DNA from: Nitrospirota bacterium
GTDB lineage: Bacteria; Nitrospirota; UBA9217
NCBI GenBank assembly: GCA_963749655.1
Contig: CAVVOB010000024.1
Span: forward strand, 96,001-160,000
Length of the DNA stretch: 64,000 bases
Direction: 5' to 3'
Shown: piece by piece, positions 10,029 to 19,586 of the stretch
Layout: each line of letters opens with the position of its first letter
Numbering within the stretch: the stretch's first letter is position 1
The notes under the pieces: generated by a model
The model's database searches: none
The model's input: only the letters and a program-made list of their open reading frames with translations
What the model was told of the DNA's origin: nothing
Program-made: the position numbers and the translations under genes

Positions 10029-11441
10029 CTACTTCGGAATGGGTACGCTTCCCATAAGATATTTCAGATCTTCGTCGTCAAACCGCAGCCCGAGTCCGGC
10101 AAAAGGAGTCGCCCGCTTCGAGTTCAGGATGTTGTCGTACCCGCCGTGCACATACAGAGTCTTCGTCACGTCGAAGCTGGCCGCCGCCTTCACGTGGGCA
10201 TTTTCGTTCCCCGGTTCCTTGCTGTTGTAGTTCCACGAATCGACGCTGAACTTGAGCCGGTCTCCGAGCGCATAATAGTCTGCGGCGACGCCGCCCGTTG
10301 ATTCGATCAGGCCGAGACGGACAGCAAGGTTCCCCCACCGCTTAGCGAATTCGATGCTGAATTTGAATTTATCGTCGTATTGCTCCGTCGTGACCATGCC
10401 GCCGGGCGGCGATGTCGTCGTTTCCGTCCTCGTATATTTCCCGAAGGGATCGGACGTTAGTTCGAGTATGTAATACGTATCCGGCCGCGGTTTCAGTTCC
10501 AGGGTCGCATAGCTCTGAGAGTTGGGGAACATGTACTGGGTGCGGAACCCGACGATTGTCTTCAAGCGCTCGATCCTGCCGACGTAATCGGAGAGCCCCT
10601 TGGCGGCATTATCGACGCTGTTGTACATGCTGTCGTTATTCACCAGTTTCCCGATCGTTCCTTCTCCATTGTCGATTTTCCTGGCGGCGTTTTCAATGGA
10701 GGCAAGGGCCAGTTCGGCGCTCTTTGAAGCTTCCCTGACATTTTCCATCGTCACCTTCAGGTTGTCACGGTTGTCGTCGACAACGCCGTTGAGGTTTACG
10801 GCAAGTTCATTGAGGCGTACGACCAGTTCGCTTCCGTCGACCTGCAGCGTGCGGGAAAAATCCTTGATGTTCGCCATGGTCTGGCGAAGATCGTTCAGGA
10901 TGTCCTCCATGGAGCGGGCACCCTGTTCGGTGCCCAGGACCTGCCTGAGCGAACCGGTAACCTGCTTGATGTCATCCGAGATTGCGGAAAGCTGATTGAT
11001 GAGCTTGTCCACATCACTGGGCGATACCGTGGCCTGGACCCGTTCGCCGTTTTTATAGAGATCAGGACCGCCCGGCACCTGCACCCGCGCCCCCTGTATT
11101 TTAACCGGTACGAATTCAATGTATTTTTCGCCGAGAAGTCCCATGGTCTTGACCATCGCTTCGGAACTGTGCTGGATGCGCACCCCGGGATCGATGCGCA
11201 TGGTGACCAGGGCATGGCTGTCATCGAGCCCCACCTTCTCCACCACACCGATCTTCACGCCAGCCATGCGCACTGACGATTTGACGTCGAGGCCGGCTAC
11301 TGAATCAAAGACCGCCTCCAGCACATACCCTTTTTTCTCGCCGAACTGAAACTTGCCGACGGCAAAGGTCATGTACAGAAGGAGGACCGATCCCCCGATC
11401 ACGAGCAGGCCAACCTTGGCTTCAGGGCTCAGTTTCATCAT
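10029..11441 (-). CDS. mlaD: MlaD/MCE protein with long helical region and C-terminal beta-strand-rich domain
   Basis: N-terminal TM, MCE signature GLDVKSSVRMAGVKIG...GLLGEKYIE, a coiled-coil region, then amphipathic beta-strands. Confidence 0.88.
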   Translation of the reverse strand: MMKLSPEAKVGLLVIGGSVLLLYMTFAVGKFQFGEKKGYVLEAVFDSVAGLDVKSSVRMAGVKIGVVEKVGLDDSHALVTMRIDPGVRIQHSSEAMVKTMGLLGEKYIEFVPVKIQGARVQVPGGPDLYKNGERVQATVSPSDVDKLINQLSAISDDIKQVTGSLRQVLGTEQGARSMEDILNDLRQTMANIKDFSRTLQVDGSELVVRLNELAVNLNGVVDDNRDNLKVTMENVREASKSAELALASIENAARKIDNGEGTIGKLVNNDSMYNSVDNAAKGLSDYVGRIERLKTIVGFRTQYMFPNSQSYATLELKPRPDTYYILELTSDPFGKYTRTETTTSPPGGMVTTEQYDDKFKFSIEFAKRWGNLAVRLGLIESTGGVAADYYALGDRLKFSVDSWNYNSKEPGNENAHVKAAASFDVTKTLYVHGGYDNILNSKRATPFAGLGLRFDDEDLKYLMGSVPIPK

Positions 11442-11540
11442 GGAAACTCCGTTCTCACTGCAAATGTCGGATTCCAAACTGCGGATTCGAGGCAAAGAGC
11501 CTGAATTTCAATCCGCAATCCGCATTCCGCAATTCAAGCT

Positions 11541-12293
11541 TCATTCGGCCGTAATCGGCCCTACGGCACTGCCGGAGATAAACTGACGCACGATCGGATT
11601 CGATGTATTTTTTATCTGCTCGGGCGTACCGGTCTCAAGGATCTCGCCCTTGTAAAGCATCGCGATACGGTCCGATATCTTGTATGCGCTGTGCATATCG
11701 TGGGTAATCGTCACAGACGTCACCCCAAGTTTTTTCCGGAGATCAATGATCAGATCGTTGATCGCATCCGCTGCGATGGGATCCAGGCCCGTTGTCGGCT
11801 CGTCATAGAGGATGATGGCCGCATCCATGGCAATGGCCCGTGCAAGCCCTACCCTCTTCTTCATGCCGCCCGACAGTTCCACCGGCATTTTATCCTCGAT
11901 GTCCTTAAGCCCGACGAGTGCCAGCTTTTCGGTCGAGATCTTCCTGATCTCCTTGTCGGACAGCTTCGTATGCTGCTTGAGCGAGAACCCGACGTTCTCC
12001 CAGACCGTCAGCGAGTCAAAGAGCGCGGCCATCTGAAACAGCATGCCGAATTTTTTTCTGAGTTCGTTCAAACCAAACTCGTCAAGCTTGTTCAGCTCCT
12101 GTCCGTCGACGATGACCCTCCCCCGATCCGGGAACAGCAGGCCGATGATGTGCTTGATAAGCACGCTCTTGCCGCTGCCGCTGCCGCCGATCACGGTCAT
12201 GCTTTCGCCCTTCTCAACGGACAGGTTCACGCCGCGAAGCACCTGAAGACTGCCAAAATGCTTGTACAGGTCGACGACCTCGATCATGGCCAT
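11541..12293 (-). CDS. mlaF: MlaF-type ABC transporter ATPase
   Basis: GGSGSGKS, LSGGMKKRVGLAR and YDEPTTGLDP; lies between mlaE and mlaD. Confidence 0.92.
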   Translation of the reverse strand: MAMIEVVDLYKHFGSLQVLRGVNLSVEKGESMTVIGGSGSGKSVLIKHIIGLLFPDRGRVIVDGQELNKLDEFGLNELRKKFGMLFQMAALFDSLTVWENVGFSLKQHTKLSDKEIRKISTEKLALVGLKDIEDKMPVELSGGMKKRVGLARAIAMDAAIILYDEPTTGLDPIAADAINDLIIDLRKKLGVTSVTITHDMHSAYKISDRIAMLYKGEILETGTPEQIKNTSNPIVRQFISGSAVGPITAE

Positions 12294-12297
12294 GGCA

Positions 12298-13098
12298 TCA
12301 CCATAACAGCGCCGACAGGAAATAGTCGAGGATGAGAATGAGCATGCAGGACACGACGACGGCGCCCGTGGTCGCCTTGCCGACGCCTTCCGCGCCGCCC
12401 TCGGTATTGAATCCCTTGTAGCAGCCGATCAGACCGACCACGGCGCCGAAAACGAGGGACTTGATCAGTCCGTACCAGATATCCGTGACTTCCGTGAAAT
12501 TGATGCTGTTGTTGATGTAGGTGACGGGATTCGTATTGAGCACTTTGACGCCGACAAAGTATCCGCCGGAGATGCCGATCATCATGCCGAGAACCGTGAG
12601 AAAGAACATCATTATGGTGCTCGCCAGGAACCGCGGGACCACAAGATACTTCATGGGATTCGTGGCCAGCGTCGAAAGGGCGTCGATCTGCTCGGTCACG
12701 CGCATCGTACCGAGTTCAGCAGCCATGGCCGCACCCGCCCTGCCGGCCACCATGAGACCGGTAAGCACCGGGCCGAGTTCCCGCGTCATGGACAGGGACA
12801 CGACGGTGCCGATGAGGGTTTCGGCGCCGAACCGTTTGAAGCCCGTATAGCTTTGGAGTGCCAGCACCATTCCCGTGGACAGCGCCGTGGTGAGCACCAC
12901 AGGAACGGAATTCACGCCGATCTGCTCCATCTGCTTCAGCAGGCTTTTGATGTAGAACGGCCGGCTGAAGGACCAGCGAATCGTCTGGCTGAAAAAGATA
13001 AGGACTCTGCCGACCTCAGCGGTAAAAGCCGAGGTCCTGCGTCCGACTGCTTCGAGCGAGTTGTTAATAAATCCTCGGGACCCGGCTGCTGATTCCAC
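12298..13098 (-). CDS. mlaE: MlaE ABC transporter permease
   Basis: RELGPVLTGLMVAGRAG, EQIDAL and GAEGVGKATT motifs. Confidence 0.93.
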   Translation of the reverse strand: MESAAGSRGFINNSLEAVGRRTSAFTAEVGRVLIFFSQTIRWSFSRPFYIKSLLKQMEQIGVNSVPVVLTTALSTGMVLALQSYTGFKRFGAETLIGTVVSLSMTRELGPVLTGLMVAGRAGAAMAAELGTMRVTEQIDALSTLATNPMKYLVVPRFLASTIMMFFLTVLGMMIGISGGYFVGVKVLNTNPVTYINNSINFTEVTDIWYGLIKSLVFGAVVGLIGCYKGFNTEGGAEGVGKATTGAVVVSCMLILILDYFLSALLW

Positions 13099-14236
13099 AG
13101 AGCACCTCGTATGCTATAGTTCCCGTCTGCAGGGCAATGTCGTCGGCGCTGATCCTGTCGTTGCCTTGGGCGCCCATGAGGACGACCTCTTCCCCCTCGG
13201 CAACGCCGGGGACGTCCGTCACGTCGATCATGCACATATCCATGCACACCCGGCCGACCACCGGCGCCCGCTTGCCGCGGACCAGCACGATGCCCTTGTT
13301 GGAAAGACCACGGCTGTACCCATCGGCATAGCCGATAGGGATCGTCGCTATCAGGCTATCCCGCTTTGTCTCAAATGTCCGCCCATAGCTGATAAATGTA
13401 CCGGCCGGGACTTTCTTCATAAATGCGATGCATGTCGCGAGCGTCATCACGGGAACGAGATCGGCCCGGGGTGCCCCCCCTTCGAGCGGATTATAGCCGT
13501 ACAGCATGAGACCGGGCCGCACCATGGTAAAAAGAGCGCGATGATAATCGAGGACTGCAGCGCTGTTTGCCGCGTGACGAAGCGGGACGGCCATATGGCG
13601 CGCATCAAGAGCTGCGGTTATTCCGCTGAAAAAATCCATCTGCCGGGACGCATATTCCTTGTTGCGAAGATCGGCGTCGGCAAAATGAGTCATCAGACCC
13701 TGAACAACAATATTGTCCAGTGACTGCACGTCCTCGATAAAGCCCAAAGCGGCCTCGGGCGCAATGCCCACCCGCCCCATCCCCGTATCGATCTTCACAT
13801 GCAGGGCGACTGTTTTGCCCTGCTTTTTCGCGGCCCGGGAAAGAGCGCGGGCCATGGTCATCGAATAGACAACAGGAGTCAACTGCGCTGCGGCTACGGC
13901 CTCCGCCTGCTCCGGAAACAAGGCGCTCATCACGAGGATCGGCGTCCGGATGCCGGAATCGCGAAGCTCCCGCCCTTCTTCCACTAAGGCAACGCCAAGC
14001 ATGTCCACACCGAGATCAACGAGATGCCGGGCGATCGGAAGAGCCCCATGCCCATAGGCCTGCGCCTTGACAACGGCCAGAATCGACCGGCCTTCCGCGC
14101 AGCGGACTACTTCTTGATAATTATGCTTGAGAGCATCGAGGTCGATGATCGCTGCCGTCGGCCGGCCGGTTCCAGGAAGCGGACGGGACGGTTTGGCCGA
14201 CCCCTCAACTCCCCGTTCAGTGGATGGTGCTCTCAT
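13064..14236 (-). CDS. alr: Alanine racemase
   Basis: AVVKAQAYGHG (PLP lysine), KIDTGMGRVG and GRVCMDM. Start 14236 has an RBS. Confidence 0.95.
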   Translation of the reverse strand: MRAPSTERGVEGSAKPSRPLPGTGRPTAAIIDLDALKHNYQEVVRCAEGRSILAVVKAQAYGHGALPIARHLVDLGVDMLGVALVEEGRELRDSGIRTPILVMSALFPEQAEAVAAAQLTPVVYSMTMARALSRAAKKQGKTVALHVKIDTGMGRVGIAPEAALGFIEDVQSLDNIVVQGLMTHFADADLRNKEYASRQMDFFSGITAALDARHMAVPLRHAANSAAVLDYHRALFTMVRPGLMLYGYNPLEGGAPRADLVPVMTLATCIAFMKKVPAGTFISYGRTFETKRDSLIATIPIGYADGYSRGLSNKGIVLVRGKRAPVVGRVCMDMCMIDVTDVPGVAEGEEVVLMGAQGNDRISADDIALQTGTIAYEVLCGISSRVPRIY

Positions 14237-14411
14237 TGATTTCCTCAAAAGCGTTCGATGCGGGTAGAATTTCTATTTTGTCGAACGATTGCGCACAGTC
14301 AAGACATTCCCAGTGATGAATGGTCCAAAACTCGAAATCCATTTCGAGGCTGTAGTCATCTTCTTGAAACAGATTTGTCCCTCCGCAAAAGGGGCACATG
14401 ATCGGCTCCAT
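14217..14411 (-). CDS. Small acidic zinc-ribbon protein (CPFC...CLDC)
   Basis: GGAGGA RBS, 64 aa, two CxxC motifs; overlaps the alr start. Confidence 0.65.
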   Translation of the reverse strand: MEPIMCPFCGGTNLFQEDDYSLEMDFEFWTIHHWECLDCAQSFDKIEILPASNAFEEINESTIH

Positions 14412-14901
14412 AGCCTGTCCTCCGGTCTTCACTTTTCCTGACTCATCGCCTGCGGAAAAATGAAAATCCCGCCCGGTCGCCCTTGAACGAAGCTTCGTAT
14501 GAACAGCAGGCTGCTGCCGCTGTCATGAACGAACGGGCATTTCCTGATGCAATTGCATAAAATCCATCGTAATTTCATATGGTTCAGCAGATACTCTATC
14601 ACAGAGAATGCATTTTTGCAAAATATATTTTCCTGTCGCTGATACGCATGTTTTGTACGACTCAGGGGAGAATCAGGACCCCTTACAACCTCGGTTATGT
14701 CAGAAACGAAGTCAGAAGGAGCTTCAGGCGCAGGCAACAGGTTGATTCATCCTCCCCGGTAATGAGGGGAAATCTCACGCCGATCCTGCATTCCATGGCG
14801 GGAAAATAAACACGTAGCCGGGTCGTCACGGGACCCCTGTTTTTGGGCTTCTCCGATGACCAGCCGGCTGGTCGAGATTGACCGGATGCAATCTGGAGCA
14901 A

Positions 14902-16656
14902 CTACAGCTCAGCCGCCAGATCAGGAAACCGTTCTTCCATGAACGTCTCGGCTGTTTTTCGCGCTTGATGGGCGGTGGGTTGCTGCATTACCAGTGTCGC
15001 TAGTTCGACGGCGTCCTGCATCCGGACCGAGCGGACAACCTTTTTAACCCAGGGAATCGACGCAACATTCATACTGAGATGCTGGAAACCCATCCCGATC
15101 AGGATCGCGGCATAGAGCGGATCTCCCGCCATCTCGCCGCACATCGCAAGGGGAAATTTGGCCTCCCGCGCAGCAACGGCAACCCGCTGGAGCAGACGCA
15201 GCACCGCCGGATCAAGCGGTTCGTACATATAGGCCACATGCTCGTTCTGGCGGTCGATGGCAAGCGTGTATTGAATGAGGTCGTTCGTGCCGACGCTGAA
15301 AAAATCCACCTCTTTGGCAAGAAGATCGGCGATCATGGCGGCAGAGGGGATTTCGATCATCACGCCGAGCTTGACCTTCTCGTTGAAGGCCCTGCCCTCG
15401 GACCGGAGCTCATTCTTGGCCTCGTTGATCATCTTCTTCGTCTCCATGAGCTCGTTCAGACCGGAGATCATGGGTATGAGCAGCTTGATGTCGCCGTGGG
15501 CCGAAGCCCGCAGAATGCCCCGCAACTGCGTCTTGAAAAGGTCCCGCTTCTGCAGGCAGAACCTGATAGCCCGCAGTCCAAGCGCCGGGTTCGCCTCCTT
15601 TTCATAGACGCCGGGCAGTCCGATCTTGTCGCCTCCGACATCAAGCGTACGGATCACCACCTCATGCGGGGCGGCCCGTTCCGCTACGGTCCGGTAGGCA
15701 TGGTAGTGTTCTTCTTCCGTGGGAAGGGTCTGTCTGTTCAGGAAGATAAACTCAGTACGGTAGAGGCCGATGCCGGTCCCGCCGTGCTCGGCAGGCGACG
15801 TCGCCTCTTCAGGCAATTCGATGTTCCCCTGCAGGTGGACGATATGGCCGTCGAGGGTCTCGGCCGGAAGCGTCTTGAGCTTGTCCAGCTCCTGTTCGAA
15901 ATACTTATACTTGCGCTGTTTCTTCAGGTAGTCGAGGAACGTCTCTTCATCGGGATCGACGATCACCACGCCGTGAATGCCGTCCAGGATCACGACGTCG
16001 CCCGTCTTGACCGCCGACGTAATGCTCTCGAGACCGACTGCGGCAGGAATGCCGAGCGAGCGGGCCAGGATGGCTGTATGCGATGTCCGGCTTCCGGCGT
16101 CGGTGGCAAACCCCAGGATCTTGTCCTTGCGCATCATGAGGGTGTCGGTCGGCGCGAGATCGTGGGCGATGATCACGGCTTCCTCGCGGATATCGGCAAG
16201 ACTCTCCTGTTTATGGCCGACCAGGTTCCGGAGGACCCGCTCGCCCACCTGCTCCACATCGTGTTTCCGCTCGCGGAGATATTCGTCCTCGATCGTATCG
16301 AACTTGAGACCAATGGCCGCAATCGTCTCCTTGAGCGCCCCTTCGGCGTTCAGAAGCGATTCCTTGATGCGCTTCACCGTGCCTTCGACGAGCATCTTGT
16401 CTTCCAGCAGCATGATGTGGGTCTCGAGAATATACTGATGAGAGCGCCCCAGACCCTTGCTGAAACGCTTCTTCAGGTCATCGAGCTGCGTCTTGGAAAG
16501 TTCGACGGCCTTCTTGAACCGGGCAACCTCGTCCTTGACGCTGACACCCTCGATCCGTCGGCCCGCGACGACGACCTTTCGGCGGTCAAGAAGATATGCG
16601 CGGCCGATCACGATGCCCGGTGAAGCCACGATGCCTCTGTACGTTTTTTCGTGCAT
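14902..16656 (-). CDS. ptsI: PEP-protein phosphotransferase (PTS enzyme I), no GAF domain
   Basis: GSRTSHTAILARS (phospho-His), GLYRTEF, EANPALGLRAIR, SVGTNDLIQY and CGEMAGD. Confidence 0.96.
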   Translation of the reverse strand: MHEKTYRGIVASPGIVIGRAYLLDRRKVVVAGRRIEGVSVKDEVARFKKAVELSKTQLDDLKKRFSKGLGRSHQYILETHIMLLEDKMLVEGTVKRIKESLLNAEGALKETIAAIGLKFDTIEDEYLRERKHDVEQVGERVLRNLVGHKQESLADIREEAVIIAHDLAPTDTLMMRKDKILGFATDAGSRTSHTAILARSLGIPAAVGLESITSAVKTGDVVILDGIHGVVIVDPDEETFLDYLKKQRKYKYFEQELDKLKTLPAETLDGHIVHLQGNIELPEEATSPAEHGGTGIGLYRTEFIFLNRQTLPTEEEHYHAYRTVAERAAPHEVVIRTLDVGGDKIGLPGVYEKEANPALGLRAIRFCLQKRDLFKTQLRGILRASAHGDIKLLIPMISGLNELMETKKMINEAKNELRSEGRAFNEKVKLGVMIEIPSAAMIADLLAKEVDFFSVGTNDLIQYTLAIDRQNEHVAYMYEPLDPAVLRLLQRVAVAAREAKFPLAMCGEMAGDPLYAAILIGMGFQHLSMNVASIPWVKKVVRSVRMQDAVELATLVMQQPTAHQARKTAETFMEERFPDLAAEL

Positions 16657-16734
16657 TCTGCTGTTTCCGTTCCCTCTGGTTGGTGTCTAAAGTGGCGCGG
16701 GCTCCGTGCTGAAGCGCGCGAACACCTGTTCCGC

Positions 16735-17004
16735 TCATTCTTTCTCGCCGAACTTTTCCCGAAAAAGCCTTGCCAGGCTTTCTGCCGCCTCGGTCTCATC
16801 ATCACCCTGTACCACGACCAGGATGGTGCTTCCTTTAGCGGCAGCCATCATCATGATCCCCATAATGCTTTTGCCGTCCACTTCCAGGCCGTCCTTGATC
16901 ATGGTTATCTTGGACGAGTATATGCTTGCCGTCTTCACGATCTGCGCGGCAGCCCTGGCATGGAGACCCAGCTTGTTTTCCACCAACAGCTCTCGTTGCA
17001 CCAT
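16735..17004 (-). CDS. ptsH: Phosphocarrier protein HPr
   Basis: GLHARAA (His15) and KSIMG (Ser46); 89 aa from ATG 17004. Confidence 0.94.
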   Translation of the reverse strand: MVQRELLVENKLGLHARAAAQIVKTASIYSSKITMIKDGLEVDGKSIMGIMMMAAAKGSTILVVVQGDDETEAAESLARLFREKFGEKE

Positions 17005-17783
17005 CAAACCACCCCTGCATATGCAAGGCCGATGCAGGCTGCAGCCAGACCCAGCATGAATTTTACGGGTGAACCGCCTCTCCGCATGGCTTCTACAAGA
17101 ATGAGCGTAACCGCCAGCGCCGCAACCGTCATGAACAAGCGCGGGGCATGAGGCACCGGCCTGAACTCGGCGCGCCACAGGGAAATCAGTCCCAGGAGAC
17201 CGCCGAGCATGCCGAGCGAAAGCATCTTGAACCGTCTTGTGATTGCAGTGAACCGGTATCGGGACATCAAAGCAACCGCGTCACCGCGGCTGCGGAACCC
17301 CCAGAGCAACATTCCCCACCGGAATCCGAGATGCCAAACGTTATATAATACGAGAAACAGAATCGGCGCCCACCACGATCCGAGGAGGTACACCGCTACT
17401 GCTGCAACCGCCGCAAAGGGCCTGAGCGCCCCCCAGAAAAAACTGTCGCCCAGCGCTCCCAGGGGGGCCATCAACGACGTTTTCAGCGAGGCAGGGTCGG
17501 CAGCCGGGTTCCGGCCCGTTGCGCGCTCCTGTTCAAGCCCCACTGCTGCTCCGAGGAGGAATGATGCAAAAGAGGGCTGGGTGTTGAAATAGTCCAGGTG
17601 CACCCTCAGCCTCGTCTCATATTCGGCCTCGTCAGGATAAAGCTTCCTCAGCGCCGGTTCCATTGCGTAGCCGAAGCCCAGACTCTGCATCCGGTCGTAA
17701 CTCCACGACGCCTGAATAAGCAGCGCCCTGCCGAACACGGATAAAAGTTCGGGGTAGCCGATGGTATTACGATCTCCGCTCAA
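17004..17783 (-). CDS. PTS mannose/fructose/sorbose family IID component
   Basis: QASWSYDRMQSLGF, FNTQP and LMAPLGALGDSFFW motifs. Confidence 0.92.
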   Translation of the reverse strand: MSGDRNTIGYPELLSVFGRALLIQASWSYDRMQSLGFGYAMEPALRKLYPDEAEYETRLRVHLDYFNTQPSFASFLLGAAVGLEQERATGRNPAADPASLKTSLMAPLGALGDSFFWGALRPFAAVAAVAVYLLGSWWAPILFLVLYNVWHLGFRWGMLLWGFRSRGDAVALMSRYRFTAITRRFKMLSLGMLGGLLGLISLWRAEFRPVPHAPRLFMTVAALAVTLILVEAMRRGGSPVKFMLGLAAACIGLAYAGVV

Positions 17784-18549
17784 GGAATTCCGCCCCCACC
17801 CAGCCCGCCGCCGCCGATAGTATCAGGATGACCGGCGCAGGCACATGCTCTACTTCTCCGAAAATCGCAGCAAACACACATCCAACGAGAAAAAAACGGT
17901 CAAATGTCCGCATCGACAACTTACGAAGCACAAGCGCCACCCCCAGGAGGGGAAGCAGCCTGACGAACAGAGATGCCGCCCGGTGAAGGGCCGAAGGCAT
18001 CTGTGCGAACAGACCGACCGCTGCGATGCTCGGCGGCACCAGCAGACAATACAGAACGAAAGACTTCAGGAAAAAAAACAACAGGCCTTTTCCCTGAGCC
18101 CGGGAAAGCGCCCGCCCCATATTCTGCCCCGACGATGCAAGCACGCTGTCGCCCAACCGGGAGTTCAAGGTCCTGACCAGGCTGTCGGCTTTCATGGTTA
18201 TGGGGACCATGATGGTCGTCAGCAGAATGCTGAACCCGAAGTCTGCCGGGGAAGCTCCGCCGGGATGGCCCAGGGCCGCCGCAGCCGTTGCCGACACCGT
18301 GCAAATCGTCGTGTTTGCCGGGACGAAGGTGCCTACCGGAAGATCGAGCACCCACAGGAGCTCCAGGATCGCACCGATCGCGAGCCCCGCAGCCGGGTCG
18401 CCAAGCATCCATCCGGTAATCGGTCCGGCCACGATCGGTTGAGAGACCATGAACTGCCCTGCTGCCGTCCGGTCCAGCCCGAGGATCGATCCCACCAGCG
18501 CGATGCCGAGCACCGCAAGAGCCATATGAATATCTGCTGTCGGCATCAT
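17767..18549 (-). CDS. PTS mannose/fructose/sorbose family IIC component
   Basis: QFMVSQPIVAGP and LELLW..LPVG..VP motifs; multiple TM segments. Confidence 0.88.
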   Translation of the reverse strand: MMPTADIHMALAVLGIALVGSILGLDRTAAGQFMVSQPIVAGPITGWMLGDPAAGLAIGAILELLWVLDLPVGTFVPANTTICTVSATAAAALGHPGGASPADFGFSILLTTIMVPITMKADSLVRTLNSRLGDSVLASSGQNMGRALSRAQGKGLLFFFLKSFVLYCLLVPPSIAAVGLFAQMPSALHRAASLFVRLLPLLGVALVLRKLSMRTFDRFFLVGCVFAAIFGEVEHVPAPVILILSAAAGWVGAEFLERRS

Positions 18550-18601
18550 CAACCGCTGCCGCCTGAGCCGTTTCCGCTGCCCCGGTCCGATTCACACGGG
18601 C

Positions 18602-19105
18602 TCATTCCTTTGGTTTCTCGGACCGCGAACAGACGTGAAGGATTTTTTCAAGCGGTATCGCCCGCTGGTTCGGCACCGTCTGGACATCGATTTTGACGCC
18701 CTTGTCGCTGATTTCCCTGAATGCCTCCAGATCGGATTCATTCACGGCGAGGACGTCCATGAGTTTGCGCTTGCCGGGGACATAGTGCATTCCGCCGATG
18801 TTTAACACGCTGCACTGCATTCCTTCATGGATCGCCCGTACAACATCGACGGGCCGGGAAAAAAGAAGAATTGCCCGTTCAGCGTCTGACGCAACGGAAC
18901 GCAGGCTTCCGCATATCTCGTCTACACGGCCGATCAGCACCTTCAGCCCCTGGGGAACTGACATTTCCATGATGGAGCGCTGAACCGCATCGGACGCGAC
19001 GGTGTCGTCGGCCACCATAATGCAGGTTGCCTTCAGGTAATTCACCCATCCTTCGACGACCTGACCGTGGATCAGACGGTCATCTATCCTGGTAAACACG
19101 ATCAT
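18602..19105 (-). CDS. PTS mannose/fructose/sorbose family IIB component
   Basis: RIDDRLIHGQV and LNIGGM motifs. Confidence 0.93.
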   Translation of the reverse strand: MIVFTRIDDRLIHGQVVEGWVNYLKATCIMVADDTVASDAVQRSIMEMSVPQGLKVLIGRVDEICGSLRSVASDAERAILLFSRPVDVVRAIHEGMQCSVLNIGGMHYVPGKRKLMDVLAVNESDLEAFREISDKGVKIDVQTVPNQRAIPLEKILHVCSRSEKPKE

Positions 19106-19111
19106 GCCGGC

Positions 19112-19513
19112 CTACTTCTTCCCCTTCAGCATCTGGCTTGCGATCACGATGCTCTTCTGCGCCGCTTCCTGCACGAGCCTGGCGAGGTCGGGCAGCGTCT
19201 TTTCATCGCGATGGTTCGCGAATTTGATCAACATCGACAGGTTGACGCCCGTGACCACTTCGATGGTCTCTCCGAGAAAGGCAAGGGCGATATTGGACGG
19301 GGTCCCCCCGAACATATCGGTGAAAAGCATGATGCCTTTTTTCCGGTCGACCTTCTTGATGGCGGACTGGATTTCGTCTCTGAGTGTTTCCGGAGCGCTT
19401 TCCTGTTTGACACTGACCGTCGCCACTGCCTCGATCTTGCCGACGATCATCTCGGCTGCCTTTACCAACTCGGCGCCCATATCCTCATGACATACCACCA
19501 CTAGTCCGATCAT
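19112..19513 (-). CDS. PTS mannose/fructose family IIA component
   Basis: VVVCH, TDMFGGTPSN and GVNLSML motifs. Confidence 0.93.
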   Translation of the reverse strand: MIGLVVVCHEDMGAELVKAAEMIVGKIEAVATVSVKQESAPETLRDEIQSAIKKVDRKKGIMLFTDMFGGTPSNIALAFLGETIEVVTGVNLSMLIKFANHRDEKTLPDLARLVQEAAQKSIVIASQMLKGKK

Positions 19514-19586
19514 GCTGCAGTCTCCTTTTTCCTTCTCCCTTGCCGAGTGCGAACCGGAAGCGGCATGTTCACGATCGGCAACGAGG

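Noticed and set aside
14430-14901. Possible ncRNA or small ORFs in the spacer after ptsI
   Set aside because: No recognisable RNA consensus, and the listed ORFs lack convincing RBS or motifs.
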